NCBI GenBank assembly: GCA_951406725.2
Contig: OX597827.1
Coordinates: 23,684,001 to 23,748,000, forward strand
Source of the DNA: Octopus vulgaris
Lineage: Eukaryota
Length of the DNA: 64,000 nucleotides
Direction: 5' to 3'
A program made the translations under genes and the position numbers. Positions 28,090 through 41,861 of the stretch are shown one piece after another; position 1 is the stretch's first letter, and each line of letters opens with the position of its first letter. The notes beneath the pieces are model-generated. The model had not been told where the DNA came from, did not search any database, and saw only the letters and a list, made by a program, of their open reading frames with translations.

Positions 28090-28119
<30 letters not shown>

Positions 28120-28122
<3 letters not shown>

Positions 28123-28415
28123 TTATATATAAAAGAGAGGTTGTGTGTCTGTCTCCTATGATTTAGATTCCTAACTACTCCCACATTTTGCGGTGCAGTT
28201 TAACCAAAACCGGGTATCTTATAGTCGTGATTCATATCGAGCCCTTCTGGGTATTAGCGCGCATCTACGATGAGTCTACGATTTTAAAAAAAATTTACCA
28301 TCATTTTTTTCCATTTTAATGCATTTTTTTCGCTATTTTTTGGCTATAACTCTCTAAAAATGCTTATATAGTTATTTCCCTTACAAACCCGAGCAACGCC
28401 GGGCGATACTGCTAG
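28120..28415 (+). mobile_element. Non-autonomous Helitron
   Basis: Starts A|TCTTTATATATAAAA..GTGTCTGTC; 3' hairpin CCCGAGCAACGCCGGG followed by CTAG|T. Confidence 0.8.
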
Positions 28416-28447
<32 letters not shown>

Positions 28448-30631
28448 TTATCATTATCATCATCATTTAACGTCCATTTTCCATGCTGTCATGGGTTGGA
28501 CAGTTCGACTGGGGTCTGGGAAGCCAGGAGGCTGCACCAGGCTCCTGTCTGATTTGGCAGTGTTTCTACAGCTGGATGCTCTTCCTAATGCCAACCACTC
28601 TGAGAGTGTAGTGGGTGCTTTTTTTACTTGTCACTGGCACAGGGGCCAGAGGAGGCTGCATCGACCACAACCGGATGATGCTTTTTATGTGCCACTGGCA
28701 TGGAAGCCAGTCTAGGCGGTGCTGGCATCGGCCACATTCAGATGGTTCTTTTTATGTGCCATCGGCACAGGGATCACAACTACAATTTCCATTTCATTGT
28801 GATTTGATTTGATTTATATATATATATATATATATATACATATACCAGTGCCACGCAAAATGCACTTTTCCATGTGAAAAGCAACCAGTACTCTCTGGAA
28901 AGTTGTTGGCTTTAGTAAGAACATCTCAGCTATTGAAACCATGCCAATGAGTTAATGAAACCTGAAGCAGCTCCTGCCAAACCATCCAACCCATGTGAGT
29001 ATGGAAAACAGACATTAATTGATGAAAAAGAAACAGATGTAACTTGACTATTTGAATAATATATGTGGATACCTTTATCATCATTTTGACGGCAGTTTTT
29101 CCATGTGTGTAGCTCTGATGGAATATGTTGGGGCAGATTCTCTACAGGTAGACACTCTCTCTGTCACCAACCTTCATCTGTTTTACAAGCAAGGTAATAT
29201 TTGTATACGTTGGGGGAGAGAGTGAGAGGTTTTATTGTGTGTGCGCGCGCGCGCGTGAACGTGTGTGTGTGTGTGTGTTTGTGTGTATGTGTGAATGTGT
29301 AATGCTTGTGTGTAACCCCCACCTTGTAACATCAAAAGAAACTTACACGATGATAATGAAGGTTATGAAGGGGGGGTGTCATGGTAGGAAGGGTGATGAG
29401 TTGATGGTAGTTATGTTTTGGTGTCCCAGATGATTGTCATGATACTAGTTGTGGTGATGATGATTATGATGGTGGTGGTGGTGGTGGTGGTGGTGATGAT
29501 GATGATGGTGATGATGATGATGAAAGTGAGGCTTCTTTGTGTGGGAGTTGAAAGGGTACAGGACAACCCACACCAGCGCATACACTTCTGACATTTATGA
29601 CACTGACATTATCAGACAAACACTGTTGACCTTTGACATACACCACCACCACCACCATCACCAACAACAACTCAAGAAGTATCTACTTGGTTGCTCGACC
29701 TGCTAGACATAGCAGCTAAATCACTCTCATATTATGCACTACCATTTATCCTTAAATATACATTGGATGGTGTAGTTCTTGACATATTAAATCTGAATGA
29801 ATGACAGGATGGGCATGATTGGAATGCCCTTGATCATGAATCTATCATTATCAATCTGAGCCTACCTGAGTCTGCACAACAACATAACCTCCACCATGAC
29901 AACTACTAACAATAGCACCTCTGTGCGGTTACTTGATTTGCTACAAATAACAGCTAAGTCTACCTCTAACCACACTCTAGTACCTAAACAATGGATATGT
30001 CAGCTTGGGTGGTACAGGTTGGATTGTTTGTTAACAAAATAATGGGATGATCTTGGTTGGAATGCATCATTAGTCATAAGTCTGCTTGCTGGTTCAGAAC
30101 TAACTCAGGGTTAAACAACAACCTCTAGATGTCCGTCTTGCAGTGTAAACAAATAATCTGATCGTCAAGTCAAACTTAATATAAAAAAATTAATTGTTTC
30201 CTTCTTGGGCCAGACTCATAAGGACCAATTTCCTGGTTTCCATGGCATATAAATTCCCTCACCTGGACAGGATGCCAATCCGTCACAGCATTACTCATAT
30301 TTGCCAGCTGAGTGGACTGGATTAATGTGGAATGAAGTGTTTTGCTCAAAAAAACAACACATCGCCTGGTTCAGGAATTGAAACCACAATCTTATGATCA
30401 TCAGTCCAACACCCTAACCACTAAGCCACATGCCTCCACAAACTTAATATAATTGTGTGCAAAAAGAATGGCACTTTTCCCTGGGGTTCTGTGAGTTTTA
30501 CAATATTGTACTACTGTTGTGCCATTGTAATATTGTGTTACTACAATCCAGATTCTGTAAAATGTTGCTCTTCTGGTGTCCACCTTCAGGGTGCCAAACT
30601 CAATTCCTTATAAATTGATATATAATTGATA

Positions 30632-31068
30632 GGATCTTTTCAGTTTGAACGGCAGTTTTTTCTAGCGGTGTCATATGAAATTGTCACCCATAATTATGAC
30701 CCTAGTATCGATCTATTGCATTTCAATCTGTTTTAGGGTTACGGTTAGTTAGGGTTGGTTAGGGTTAGGGGTGGGGGGAAGGGTATCTTTTTTTCTTCAC
30801 AAATGTAAATAAACCCAATCTGTTTCTTAAACGAGGGACATATCCATATGGCACAGAATGTTTTCACTTCAATGGACGTCATTGATTGGTTGAAATTGCA
30901 GAAATTGAAGAAATAAAAACAACATATATCTTACAAACTATAGAATTTTCTCAATAAAGCCAAGAGAAAAAGATCTTTTATAAACACATTCTACCAGTAT
31001 ACGAAGTTTAAAATTTTTTAGTTACCTAGAAATTATGTTAAAAACTGCCATTCAAACCGAAAAGATCC
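30632..31068. mobile_element. MITE with 29-bp TIR, 8-bp TSD and internal TTAGGG-like repeats
   Basis: TIR GGATCTTTTC(A/G)GTTTGAA(C/T)GGCAGTTTTT; TSD AATTGATA on both sides. Confidence 0.9.
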
Positions 31069-31295
31069 AATTGATATGGAGCAAAGCCATAGAGATGACA
31101 TCATTGACCTTGTATTTTTTTTTTAATTCTTCAGCATGTCAGTCATTATTATTCGTTGAAATTAATTTAAGACTGTTTCGAGTCACTGACTGAGGCCAAA
31201 CTAGCAGACCATGTTATATATGGTGTTTTTGATTGTTACGCTGGTCTGTAACATAACAGCTTTGATGGGATGTTTTTACAATATATACATAAGAA

Positions 31296-31347
<52 letters not shown>

Positions 31348-31510
31348 TCATTTTGAACTGTTAATTCCTACACATTTTTTTCTCTCTCCATTTTTTCCTA
31401 TTCAATCCTTTCTGTTGAAGAGTGTAGGGCTCAGAATGTCAAAAGACTTTTCCATTCTTCCCCAAGCACCAAACTAATACACCTGCTTGTTCTTCCCTCA
31501 CCTGTCTTTC

Positions 31511-31810
31511 ATCATCATCATCATCATCCAGTGTTTTAAATCTGAGTTTGTCCCTGTTAACGGGGGTGGCTGGATCTACCTCAATGCCATAGCAACTGCC
31601 CTCACACCATCTCGCCATCTTGCCCGTTTCCGGCATCCTCTTTTTCAAACCAACCCTCCCAACCACCTCCACCTATCCCCTCCACCTTTTCCTTGGTCTA
31701 TCTGGTTTTTGCGCTCCATTTACCTCAAATGCAATCACCCTCCTCAGAACATGCTCTTCATCCCTCCCCAACACATTCCCATACCACCTCATTCCATGTG
31801 CCCTTGCCAG
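31511..31810 (-). mobile_element. RTE LINE 3' end
   Basis: MRWYGNVLGRDEEHVLRR..DRPRKRW followed by a (GAT)n tail. Confidence 0.75.
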
Positions 31811-31854
31811 TCTTTTGTTTTCTGTAAATTTGAACTTATATATACATGTATGTA

Positions 31855-31897
<43 letters not shown>

Positions 31898-32535
31898 CTC
31901 AGAGGGAGGCGAAAATTGACCTGGCAGAAGCAAGTAGGAACACCAGATGCATTTCTGCCTTACTGGGAGATTTCTATAGCAAGTGTAGACAGCTGCACAC
32001 TGCAGTGAAGTTTGTCACATCACATCCATGATTTTAACTTGTCATGAGAAATTCACTGGCCAACTAACTTTTCCACCAACCTGTACATCCTTTAGCGAAC
32101 CTTAAAGCACAAGATAAACAAATTTCTATACTAAAAGCACCTAAATAAAGCTGACACACCTAAATAAACATACTTAACCTCAAATGTTTGGTTGAACTCT
32201 GAACAATTAGCTTCCACCTACAAATAAAGAAATCTGCTGACCATCTAACCTTTTCACTTACTTATATACCCCACCTCACCCGAACTCTTAAAATACTTCA
32301 TGGCCAAAAGTTGGCACACCTAAATAATAACTGCTGATTATAAGGTTCTACATGCATGATTGAATTCTAAGCAATAACACAACTCCAATTTTAATCAATA
32401 AAAATCTTGCATAATATCTTTCCCTCAGAATCTACCCTGCAACCAACATAATTACAATTCAGGGTGTGCTCCACCTGCCCCAGAAAAATTAAACTTACCA
32501 GAGACTATATAGAGCCAAAATATACCACACGCACG

Positions 32536-32588
<53 letters not shown>

Positions 32589-32746
32589 GTATGTATGTAT
32601 GTATATAAATATACACACACATTTATATCCATACAAACAAACATATATTTGTGAATTTATATATAAACATATGTATACATACATATATACAGGCAAGCAC
32701 ACATGCACATACATATGTCTGTATACATTTAAGAAAATCAATCACA

Positions 32747-32789
<43 letters not shown>

Positions 32790-32815
32790 TTTCTGTGTTT
32801 TTCTCTCTCTGTGTA

Positions 32816-32853
32816 TCTTTCTGTTGAAGAGCGTAGGCTCGAAACGTTAAAGA
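32816..32853 (+). ncRNA. Minimal hammerhead-like motif, A6U variant (family copies at 31407-31446 and 52437-52475)
   Basis: UCUUU-CUGUUGA-A-GAGC guag GCUC-GAAAC-GUU|AAAGA. Stem II GAGC/GCUC is kept with a different loop (uuuu) in the 52.4 kb copy. Confidence 0.6.
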
Positions 32854-33280
32854 CTTGTTTTATTTATATTTCCTGAGCGCCATACTAATACAATTGTTCG
32901 TTTGTTTTCCACCTGCCTTCGTCTTTAGTTTATTTTCATAAAGCTTCCCGTTATATATATATATATATCTTCTATACTGGGATCCATTCCATCTCCCACT
33001 GATACAATATTGTGTTTTTAAACCCAGCCTCTCCATAGGAAATATTAATTCCAAATAAATACTGCAGTAAATTTTATCTATTACAGTGTATTTACATTAA
33101 ACATGATACATAAATAGCTATTTTAGTCTAATATTGCTTCTGCTTCATATAACGGATATAGGTCAGTGTTGGAGGTGAAGAGTAGCAGTGTTTCTGTTGA
33201 TGATGATGATGATGGTAATGGTAATGATGGTTATGATAATAATAATGATGAGTATGTTGAAGATGATTATGATGATGATA

Positions 33281-33497
33281 CACATGAGGGGATGCCGGAA
33301 AGTTCCTGGTTTGGGGTAAAAGAAAATATGGGAGAATCGTTAATTAGGATTTTATCCAACATATTCCCCTCTCAGATTCACACACATATTACTGTGGTCC
33401 TTCGCTTTTTCTAAGCCCTCTAAAAGAACTCAGAAGGTTGGGCCTCCAACCAGGCCTTTCGTGATGCCCCTAAAGCCAGGAACTTTTCAGCAACCCC

Positions 33498-33502
<5 letters not shown>
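33281..33502. mobile_element. Mariner-type MITE
   Basis: Imperfect ~30-bp TIR CATGAGGGGATGCCGGAAAGTTCCTGGTTT / AAGCCAGGAACTTTTCAGCAACCCCTTG. Confidence 0.65.
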
Positions 33503-33578
<76 letters not shown>

Positions 33579-34237
33579 TGTGTGTATGTGTGTGTGAGCT
33601 CACATGTACTTATCTGTGTGTATGCTTGTATGCATATGTATATGTGTGTATGTATGACCATATATTTACATATTTATATAATAGTATGTATATTTTTACG
33701 TATGTATTTGTTTTTTCATGAGCTTATGTATGTATATATTTATTTGTCCCTATGTGTGTATGTATATGTGTGTGTGTGTATGTGTGGGTGGGTGTGCACG
33801 CATGTGTATGTGTGCATGAATATTTACGTATATATGTGTTTGTGTATATGTCTACGTGTCACCATCATGTCAGCCTGTCCCCTCTCTCCTCATCTTCCCC
33901 CCTTACAATACACCCATTTGACACTCCTCCTTTGCCTGTTAGCAATTAAACCAATTAGACCAAATTACTTCCCCCACCTCATTCTCTACCCATCATGCCT
34001 TATGACAGGGGAGTGGGTGGGAATAACCCCCTCCTGCCCATTCCCTCCTTTACTGGCAATAGAGTGGTAGCGGCAGCGAGGCAGAAGCTGCTGATGCAGT
34101 GCTAACTGTATGGTAAAGATATTAGAGAGATGTATAGTCCATGCATACATACATACATATGTATGTATGTATGTATGTATATATATATATAGATATATAT
34201 ATATATATATATATATACATATGTACGTGCGTGTGTG

Positions 34238-34278
<41 letters not shown>

Positions 34279-34352
34279 ATGTATGTATATATATATATAT
34301 GTATGTATATGTACGTATATAAATATATATATATATATGTATATGTACTATA

Positions 34353-34399
<47 letters not shown>

Positions 34400-34646
34400 A
34401 TGTACGTATATGTACGTATATATATATATATCGTATATATGTATATATATATGTGTATGTTTGTGTGTTGTATTTGTCCCCCTCTCCCAACATCGCTTGA
34501 CAACCGATGCTGGTGTGTTTACGTCCCCGTAACTTAGTGGTTCAGCAAAAGAGATCGATAGAATAAGTCCTGGGGTCGATTTCCTCGACTAAAGGCAGTG
34601 TTCCAGCATGGCCACAGTCAAATGACTGAAGCAAGTAAATGAGTAA

Positions 34647-34683
<37 letters not shown>

Positions 34684-37600
34684 TGCACACATATTTGCCT
34701 CTTAATAATTCATGACAATGGAACAATTTTATATCCCCCCCCCCCCGGAGAAGGAGAGGAGTATAATTTATTTCTTTATTGCCCATGGGGGAGGGGTTAA
34801 ACATAGAGAGGGACAATCAAAGACAGACAAAGGGATTGAGTTGATTACATCGACCCCAGAAGGATGAAAAACAAAGTTGACCTCGGCGGAATTTGAACTC
34901 AGAATGTAAAGATTAGACAAAAATCCGCTAAGCATTTTGCCTGCCATGCTAACCATTCTGCCAGCTCACCACCTTAACGAGAGAAATATAATTGATACTG
35001 TTATGTAGTCTGGTTAAAGCATGTTGTTGGTGTTGCTTAGCCCTCGGTCAGCTTTGATTGAGCAGGCCTGTGAGCATTGGGGTCACAGACATGACCACAC
35101 CAACATTTTACACACGTTTCTGTTTATTTATTTATTGGTTTGTCCTTCACGATCTGTTCCAGAATGGTGATATTGGTAGCTTTATCTTTTGTCTTTCACC
35201 TGTTTCATTGATTAGACTGTGGCCATTCTGGGGCACCACCTTGAAAAATTTTAGTTAAACAAATCTACCCCAGTACTTTGTTCTCCTTAAATCTTGGTAC
35301 TTATTCTATTGGTCTTTTTTGATGAACTACTAAGTTACGGGGATGTAAATGCACCAACACTGGTTGTCAAGCAGTGGTGGGGAACAACTACACACACACC
35401 CACACACACACAAAGCACACACACACACAAACATGCACATACACACACACACATTTATATATATGACAAGCTTGTTTCAGTTTCCGTCTACCAAATCCAC
35501 TCACAAGGCTTTGGTGGGACTGAACCTGGAACCATGTGGTTGAGAAGCAAACTGGTAACCACACAGCCAGGCCTGTTCCTATGGCGGATATGGGAACCGT
35601 TTAAGGCAGCAAACTGGCAGAAACATTAGCATGCTGGGCAAAATGCTTAGCAATAGTTCGTCTATCTTTATGTTCTGAGTTCAAATTCCGCCAAGGTCAG
35701 CTTTGCTTTTCATCCTTTCAGGGTTGATAAATTAAATACCAGTTACGTACTAGGGTTGATCTAATCAACTGGCCCTCTCCCCCAAAATTTTGGGCCTTGT
35801 ACCTAGAGTAGAGAAGGATATGGGAACCGTTTCTGTAGTACAGATATATGATGGCAGCAATAGGTAAAAACATGGCTGGGAGGGGGGTGGAATTGTAGAG
35901 GAATGGTATTCTGTGGAAGCTAGATTGGATGCAGTGGTTAGTGTGATACCTGGGACAGAGAGGAGAGAATATGAGTTGTGGTGAGAGGGGAGAGAAGAGA
36001 TTCAGGAGTGTCTGAGTGGAAATGACTCAAAACTAACCAGTTTCAAGCAGATGCCATAGTTGTAGCAGTAGAAAGAATCAGAGGGAGCGGACATAGTTTG
36101 GTGTGTGTTGGTGAGTGATTTCATGCCAATTAGTCAGTTGATCTTGCTTTGGAAGGTAGCAGAGTGGGATTTGCGGGAGATTAGGTTACTATTTCTAGCA
36201 TGTTCAGCAACCACCTAGTGGTGCATTTGTTGGCTCTGCATGAAACATGTCATTGGCGTTGGCTGGATGTGAACTTGGAACATAAGAGACTCGTGCAAGG
36301 TACCACAACACATGTAACTGTACCAGTTTGTCCAGTCCATGATAATGACTCTTTTACTTGTTTTAATCATTTGACTGTGGCCATGCTGGAGCACCACCTT
36401 TAGTCGAGCAAATCACCCCAGGACTTAATCATCATCATCATCATCATCATCATCATATCATCATCATCACCATTCTTTAACATCCATCTTCAATGCTGGC
36501 ATAGGATGGATAGTATGACGGGAGCTGGCAAGCGGAAAGCTGCACCAAGCTCCATTGTCTGATATGGCGTGGTTTCTAGGGGTGGATGCCCTTCCTAATG
36601 CCAACCACTTTACAGTGCGTGGACTGGGTGCTTTTTACATGGTGCCATAGGTGTGTGGAATGAAGGGAACATTACAAAGACATGCTACAAAAAGTTGGTG
36701 ATGACCTGGAAATTGAATGAAAAAGATTTTTAAAAAACAATGCAATAAAAGGTATATATAGTACAGCAATAACTGATGATATGGGAGCTCCAGCTGGGGC
36801 CAGTCATGGTGGTGTGTTGTGAGCTTGAGCAAGTTGCTTTATTTCTCATTGCTCCAGTATATTCAGCTGGCAAAAATAAGTAGTATTTGTAATTCAATGA
36901 ACCATCCTTGTGACAATGTGTCCCACACTGTATCATCATCATCATCATTTAACATCCGTTGTCCATTCTGGCATGGTTGGACAGTTTGACCAGAGCTGGC
37001 GTGCTGGGGAAGCTGTACCTCACTCTAGTCTGACTCAACATGGTTTCTATGGCTGGATGACCTTCCTAACGCCTACCACTTTACAGAGTGTACCAGGTGC
37101 TTTTCTCCCTGAGAACTACGTTAAGGGCACATGTGTCTGTGGAGTACTCAGCCACTTGCACGTTAATCTCACAAGAAAGCCATTCTGTTGGTCAGATCAA
37201 CTCAAACCCTGGTCATTGCAAACCAATGGAGTGCCAGTTTTTTTTTTATAATTAATAATAATGATTATTCCTTTTGTCATTAGGATAATGGACAGGCGGG
37301 GGGGGGGGTTAAAATTATAAAACCATTTGTGATAAGGTTACAAAGTTTGATGTATGGACAATGGCATATTTGGGGAAAAACCAGATGTGAAATATATACA
37401 TTGTATAAATGTGTCCCAACAGAAGGGCCATCATCAGGGAACACTTTATTAATTTTCATACTACTAAGGCAGCAAGCTGGCAGAAACTTTAGCACACCAG
37501 GCGAAAGGCTTTGAGTATTTCGTCTGTCTTTACGTTCTGAGTTCAAATTCCGCCGAGGTCGACTTTGCCTGTCATCCTTTCGGAGTCGATTAAATAAGTA

Positions 37601-38559
37601 CCAGTTGTGTACTGGGGTTGATGTAATCGACTTAATCCCTTTGTCTGTCCCTGTTTGTCCCTCTCTATGTTTAACCCCGCTGCAAGCAATAAAGAAATAA
37701 ATATTTTAAGGCAGCAAGCTAGCAGAAACATTAGCATGCCAGGTGACAGGCTTAGAGTATTTCGTCTGTCTTTATGTTCTGAGTTCAAATTCCGCCGAGG
37801 TCAACTGTGCCTTTCAGCCTTTTAGGGGGAGGGCATAAATTAAGTACCAGTTGCATACTGGGGTCATTCTAATCGACTGGCCCCCTCCCCTAAAATTTTG
37901 GGCCTTGTGCCTAGAGTAGAAAAGAATCTTCATACTGCTTGGTCTACCAAACTACAAAATGTCCTTCACAAAATTCTTACCATGATCTACATACAGGACA
38001 ATGGTCAGCGACAATTCCATTTCTCTTTGACTCAAATTTCTGTTGGGTTTAAACCAGAATAATGTTTTCCTGTGTTTGTATGCATAAATGTGTGTGTGTA
38101 TATATATGTATATGTGTGGATGATCATGTGTGAACGTCTGTGTATATATCTATGCCTGTCTATGTGTGGGGGCGTGTATTTATGTGTCTGTTCTTGTATA
38201 TCTGAGTATGTGTATGTGATGGTACGTGCAAGCATGTGTGTGAGTGCAAGTATGTGTTGATGTCTGTGTGTGTGTGTTTATGGTTGGTGTGTGCATGCGT
38301 GAATGAGTTTATATATATCTGCAAAGTTTGATCATGTTACAAAAATGGACAGTGTGTGTGTGTGTGTGTGTGTGCGTGCGTTTGTATGTGTGTGTGTGTG
38401 TGCGTTTGTGTGTGTGTGCGTGCGTGTGTGTGTGTGTGTGTGTGTTGTGTGTGTGTGTTTATAAAATGTCTCTGGAGTAGAGGAGAGTGGAGGGGAGCGA
38501 GGGAGTGAATTAGAACAAATAATAAAAGAGATGGAAAGGAAAAGTTAAGCAAAGGAAAC

Positions 38560-38603
<44 letters not shown>

Positions 38604-39439
38604 AGGAAGAGAAAGTGACTGACTGACAGACAGACAGACAGACAGATAAATAACCCAGACTCTGCACTAACAGCCATACACGCAGACAGACAGACAGGCA
38701 GGCAGATAAATATACTGACAGCCAGACAGACAGATATAAACATAAACCAGTGTTTCTATATAAGTTGCCCACAAGGTTACAGATATTATAAATAAGACTT
38801 TTATATAAATACTAGCACAGTGATGTAGTGTTGTGCTGTAGTACGGTGGCGGCGGAGGTGGTGGTGGTGGAGAGGAGGATAGGACTTGTGGTGGTGGGTT
38901 TGTTATTGATGATGATGGTGATGGTGGCATATAGAGGCAAATTCACTGTATTATTTAAAGTATATTGTACCCCCACTTTATAACTGCACAACTGCAACAT
39001 CATGATGATGATGGTGATGGTGATGGTGAAGAGGAAGAGGGAGATGAGGCTTTTCCTTTTTTGCCACCAAGCTCCCATTCACACAAAGAACAGAAAAAAA
39101 ATGCAGACTTGTCACAACCTGGTCCCGCCTCAAATGGCTCTTACTGCCAAAAAGTTTGTCAGTTGGGGCACCAGTCTCATTGCTGTGGCTTCTTTACTGA
39201 TGGTGAGGCACAGTTCCAGAATTGCTCTGTAGTTTTCAGAAGCCATTGTGATTTGCAAGTGTCGACCATATGTTATTTCTTGTGATCTCTCTACTTACAG
39301 GCAACCCACATTTGCACTTCAAAGTTGTTAACAAGTCAAAAATCAACCTCCCTGCTAACACCTCACCCTGTTACCCTAGTAATGTGTGGGCCTATGAATT
39401 GTGGTATGATCTTATATGCAAATATCATGTGACTGATCA

Positions 39440-39712
39440 CGTGACAGACCAGCCCATCAGATGTTGCTACACATAGCTGGTCTCAATGCATTCGCATTGT
39501 TTTAGCCTTCGAATGACGCCACCTCGCTGGCTAAGCAAGCACGCCAACAGAAGAAAGTACAGCAGGGATCCCCCCCTCTCTGCCGGAGCCTCGTGGGGCT
39601 TTTAGGTGTTTTCGCTCAATAAACACTCACAACGCCCGGTCTGGGAATCGAAACCGTGATCCTACGACCGCGAGTCCGCTGCCCTAACCACTGGGACATT
39701 GCGCCTCCACAT
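39440..39712 (-). mobile_element. tRNA-derived SINE family D (also 3385-3637; shares its head with 15452-15750)
   Basis: Head GTGGAGGCGCAATG..AGTGGTTAGGGCAGCGGACTCGCGG..GGTTTCGATTCCC. Confidence 0.8.
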
Positions 39713-40110
39713 ATGCAAATATATGTTGCACTATATCTTCTTGGTATTTTACCTTGCCCTTGGTTTTTAATGTACTTCCTCTTTTACTCTTTTACTTGTT
39801 TCAGTCATTTGACTGTGGCCATGCTGGAACACTGCCTTTAGTTGAGTAAATCGACCCCAGGACTTATTCTTTGTAAGCCTAGTACTTATTCTATCGGTGT
39901 CTTTTGCCGAACTGCTAAGTTACAGGGACGTAAACACACCAGCATCGGTTGTCAAGCGATGTTTGGGGGACAAACACAGACACACAAGGCTATAGTAGAA
40001 GACACTTGCCCAAGGTGCCATGCAGTGGGACTGAACCCAGAACCATGTGGTTCGTAAGCAAGCTACTTACCACACAGCCACTCCTATGCCTATAAAAACG
40101 TATTTATCAC

Positions 40111-40181
40111 CTCCCCAGCGGGGAATCGAACCCCAGGCTCCCGTGTGACAGGCGGGATACTTACCACTATACTACCAAGGA
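40111..40181 (-). pseudogene. tRNA-Asp(GTC), probably a pseudogene
   Basis: Minus strand reads TCCTTGGTAGTATAGTGGTAAGTATCCCGCCTGTCACACGGGAGCCTGGGGTTCGATTCCCCGCTGGGGAG, close to metazoan tRNA-Asp. A and B boxes present, T5 terminator about 13 nt downstream. One C deleted and a C-A mismatch in the anticodon stem. Confidence 0.8.
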
Positions 40182-40987
40182 TATATTTCCATATAATTAT
40201 CCCTGTTTGGTGAACAACAAACAGGCCCTTACATCAACCAGAACTTCCATTAGTTTATCCTTTGAGGGCTCCCTGAAAACCAAACTTTCACTCTTTGTAA
40301 AACAGAAGTGTGGAACTTTTCTTTTTGCTTGTTCTTGGACAATTTCTTAGGGAAAGATGACAAAGCCTTTTGTAACACATCATTGCAAGGTTTCTTTCTC
40401 TGAATGGAACCTGATCATATCCAGACCTTTTCTTGGAAAACTAATATTTACACAACTGCTTCCAAAATCACTAACAATTATCCTCAGTAAAATTTATGTA
40501 TGCGACTGTTGTTTGCCTTTCCACTGCAAATTTAACCGTTCAACATTCGGATTACTCAGTCAAATGTTATGCTTACTTATTCACATTGTTTTAAATTAAT
40601 CATAAGGGTTGAACATGCTCAGAAAAGTGGTTTATTGAGGACAGTGAGGATTTTCAGAATGGTACTTGTGAGACCCTTTCCAACAGGTTCTTGTCTACTC
40701 TTACAGAATTAGCCAGACCAAGTGAAATTGAGAGCTCTGAGAAGTAAAACGATGATGATTAAAACAATTCTTTCTACTATGGGCACAAGTTTTGACTTTC
40801 AGGGAAGGTGGAGGGCCAATTTGTTACATCAACCCCAGTGCTGCTTAACTGGTCCCTTTTTTCATCAACCCTGAAAGGATGAAAGGCAAAATTGATTTTG
40901 GCTGAATTTGAACTCAGAACATAAAGCCAGGAGAAATACTGCTAAGCATTTCACCCGGCATGCTGACGATTCTACCAGCTCGCCACC

Positions 40988-41030
<43 letters not shown>

Positions 41031-41274
41031 TAATAATACTAATACTGATAGTAATTATTTCTAATTTTGTACAAGGCCAGCAACGTTAACGGGAGGCGAC
41101 AGTCAATTACATTGACCCCAGTGCTCAACTGGTACTTATTTTATCAATCCCAAAAGGATGAAAAGCAAAGTCAACTTTGGCAGAATTTGAACTCAAAATG
41201 TATGGTCATGCTACTAAGCATGCTAGCAATTCTGCCAGCTCACTGCCTTAATATTAATTATAATAATAATAATG

Positions 41275-41321
<47 letters not shown>

Positions 41322-41861
41322 ATCTATTTTAATAAAAGTGAACTTCTGTCTGTCTGTCTGGGACCCTTGTATCTCAGTCTATATTTACTCTACATAGACA
41401 TATTATACCTTTTTGGAATCAGGATGATCCTAAGACTGAAAATCTGCCCTTCATTTGGTTCTTGAACATCCAGCATTGAGATCTGATTTAAAAACATTTG
41501 GGTTGCTATTTCTAGCTTGGCAGATTCAGACCATCTTAGTTGGAATTTGTCAGATGACGTCAGAGATCATGAGGGGGATGAGTGACATTTGCTTTGTTAT
41601 TTTTATGTCGAGATAAGAACTTCGGAACAAATTGGCCAACAGTTGGAATTCAACTTGGGACTGGAATAATAGAAGGATTGCATTACAGGATTAATTCTTA
41701 TCTGTCCTTAACCTTCTGATCAAACACCATCAGGGCATATAGTCATTATAGATGTATTGTAGTCGTGCTATTTAGCTCTCTTTAGTTTTGGGTCACAGAC
41801 CCAATTAATCCTCCACAGGAGCTAGCTTAAAAGTCTGCTTAGAGTGTGGCTTTTAAGCTAG
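41322..41861 (+). mobile_element. Helitron-like element
   Basis: 5' TCTATTTTAATAAAAG..(CTGT)n; 3' hairpin GCTAGCTTAAAAGTC/GGCTTTTAAGCTAGT ending in CTAG. Confidence 0.55.
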
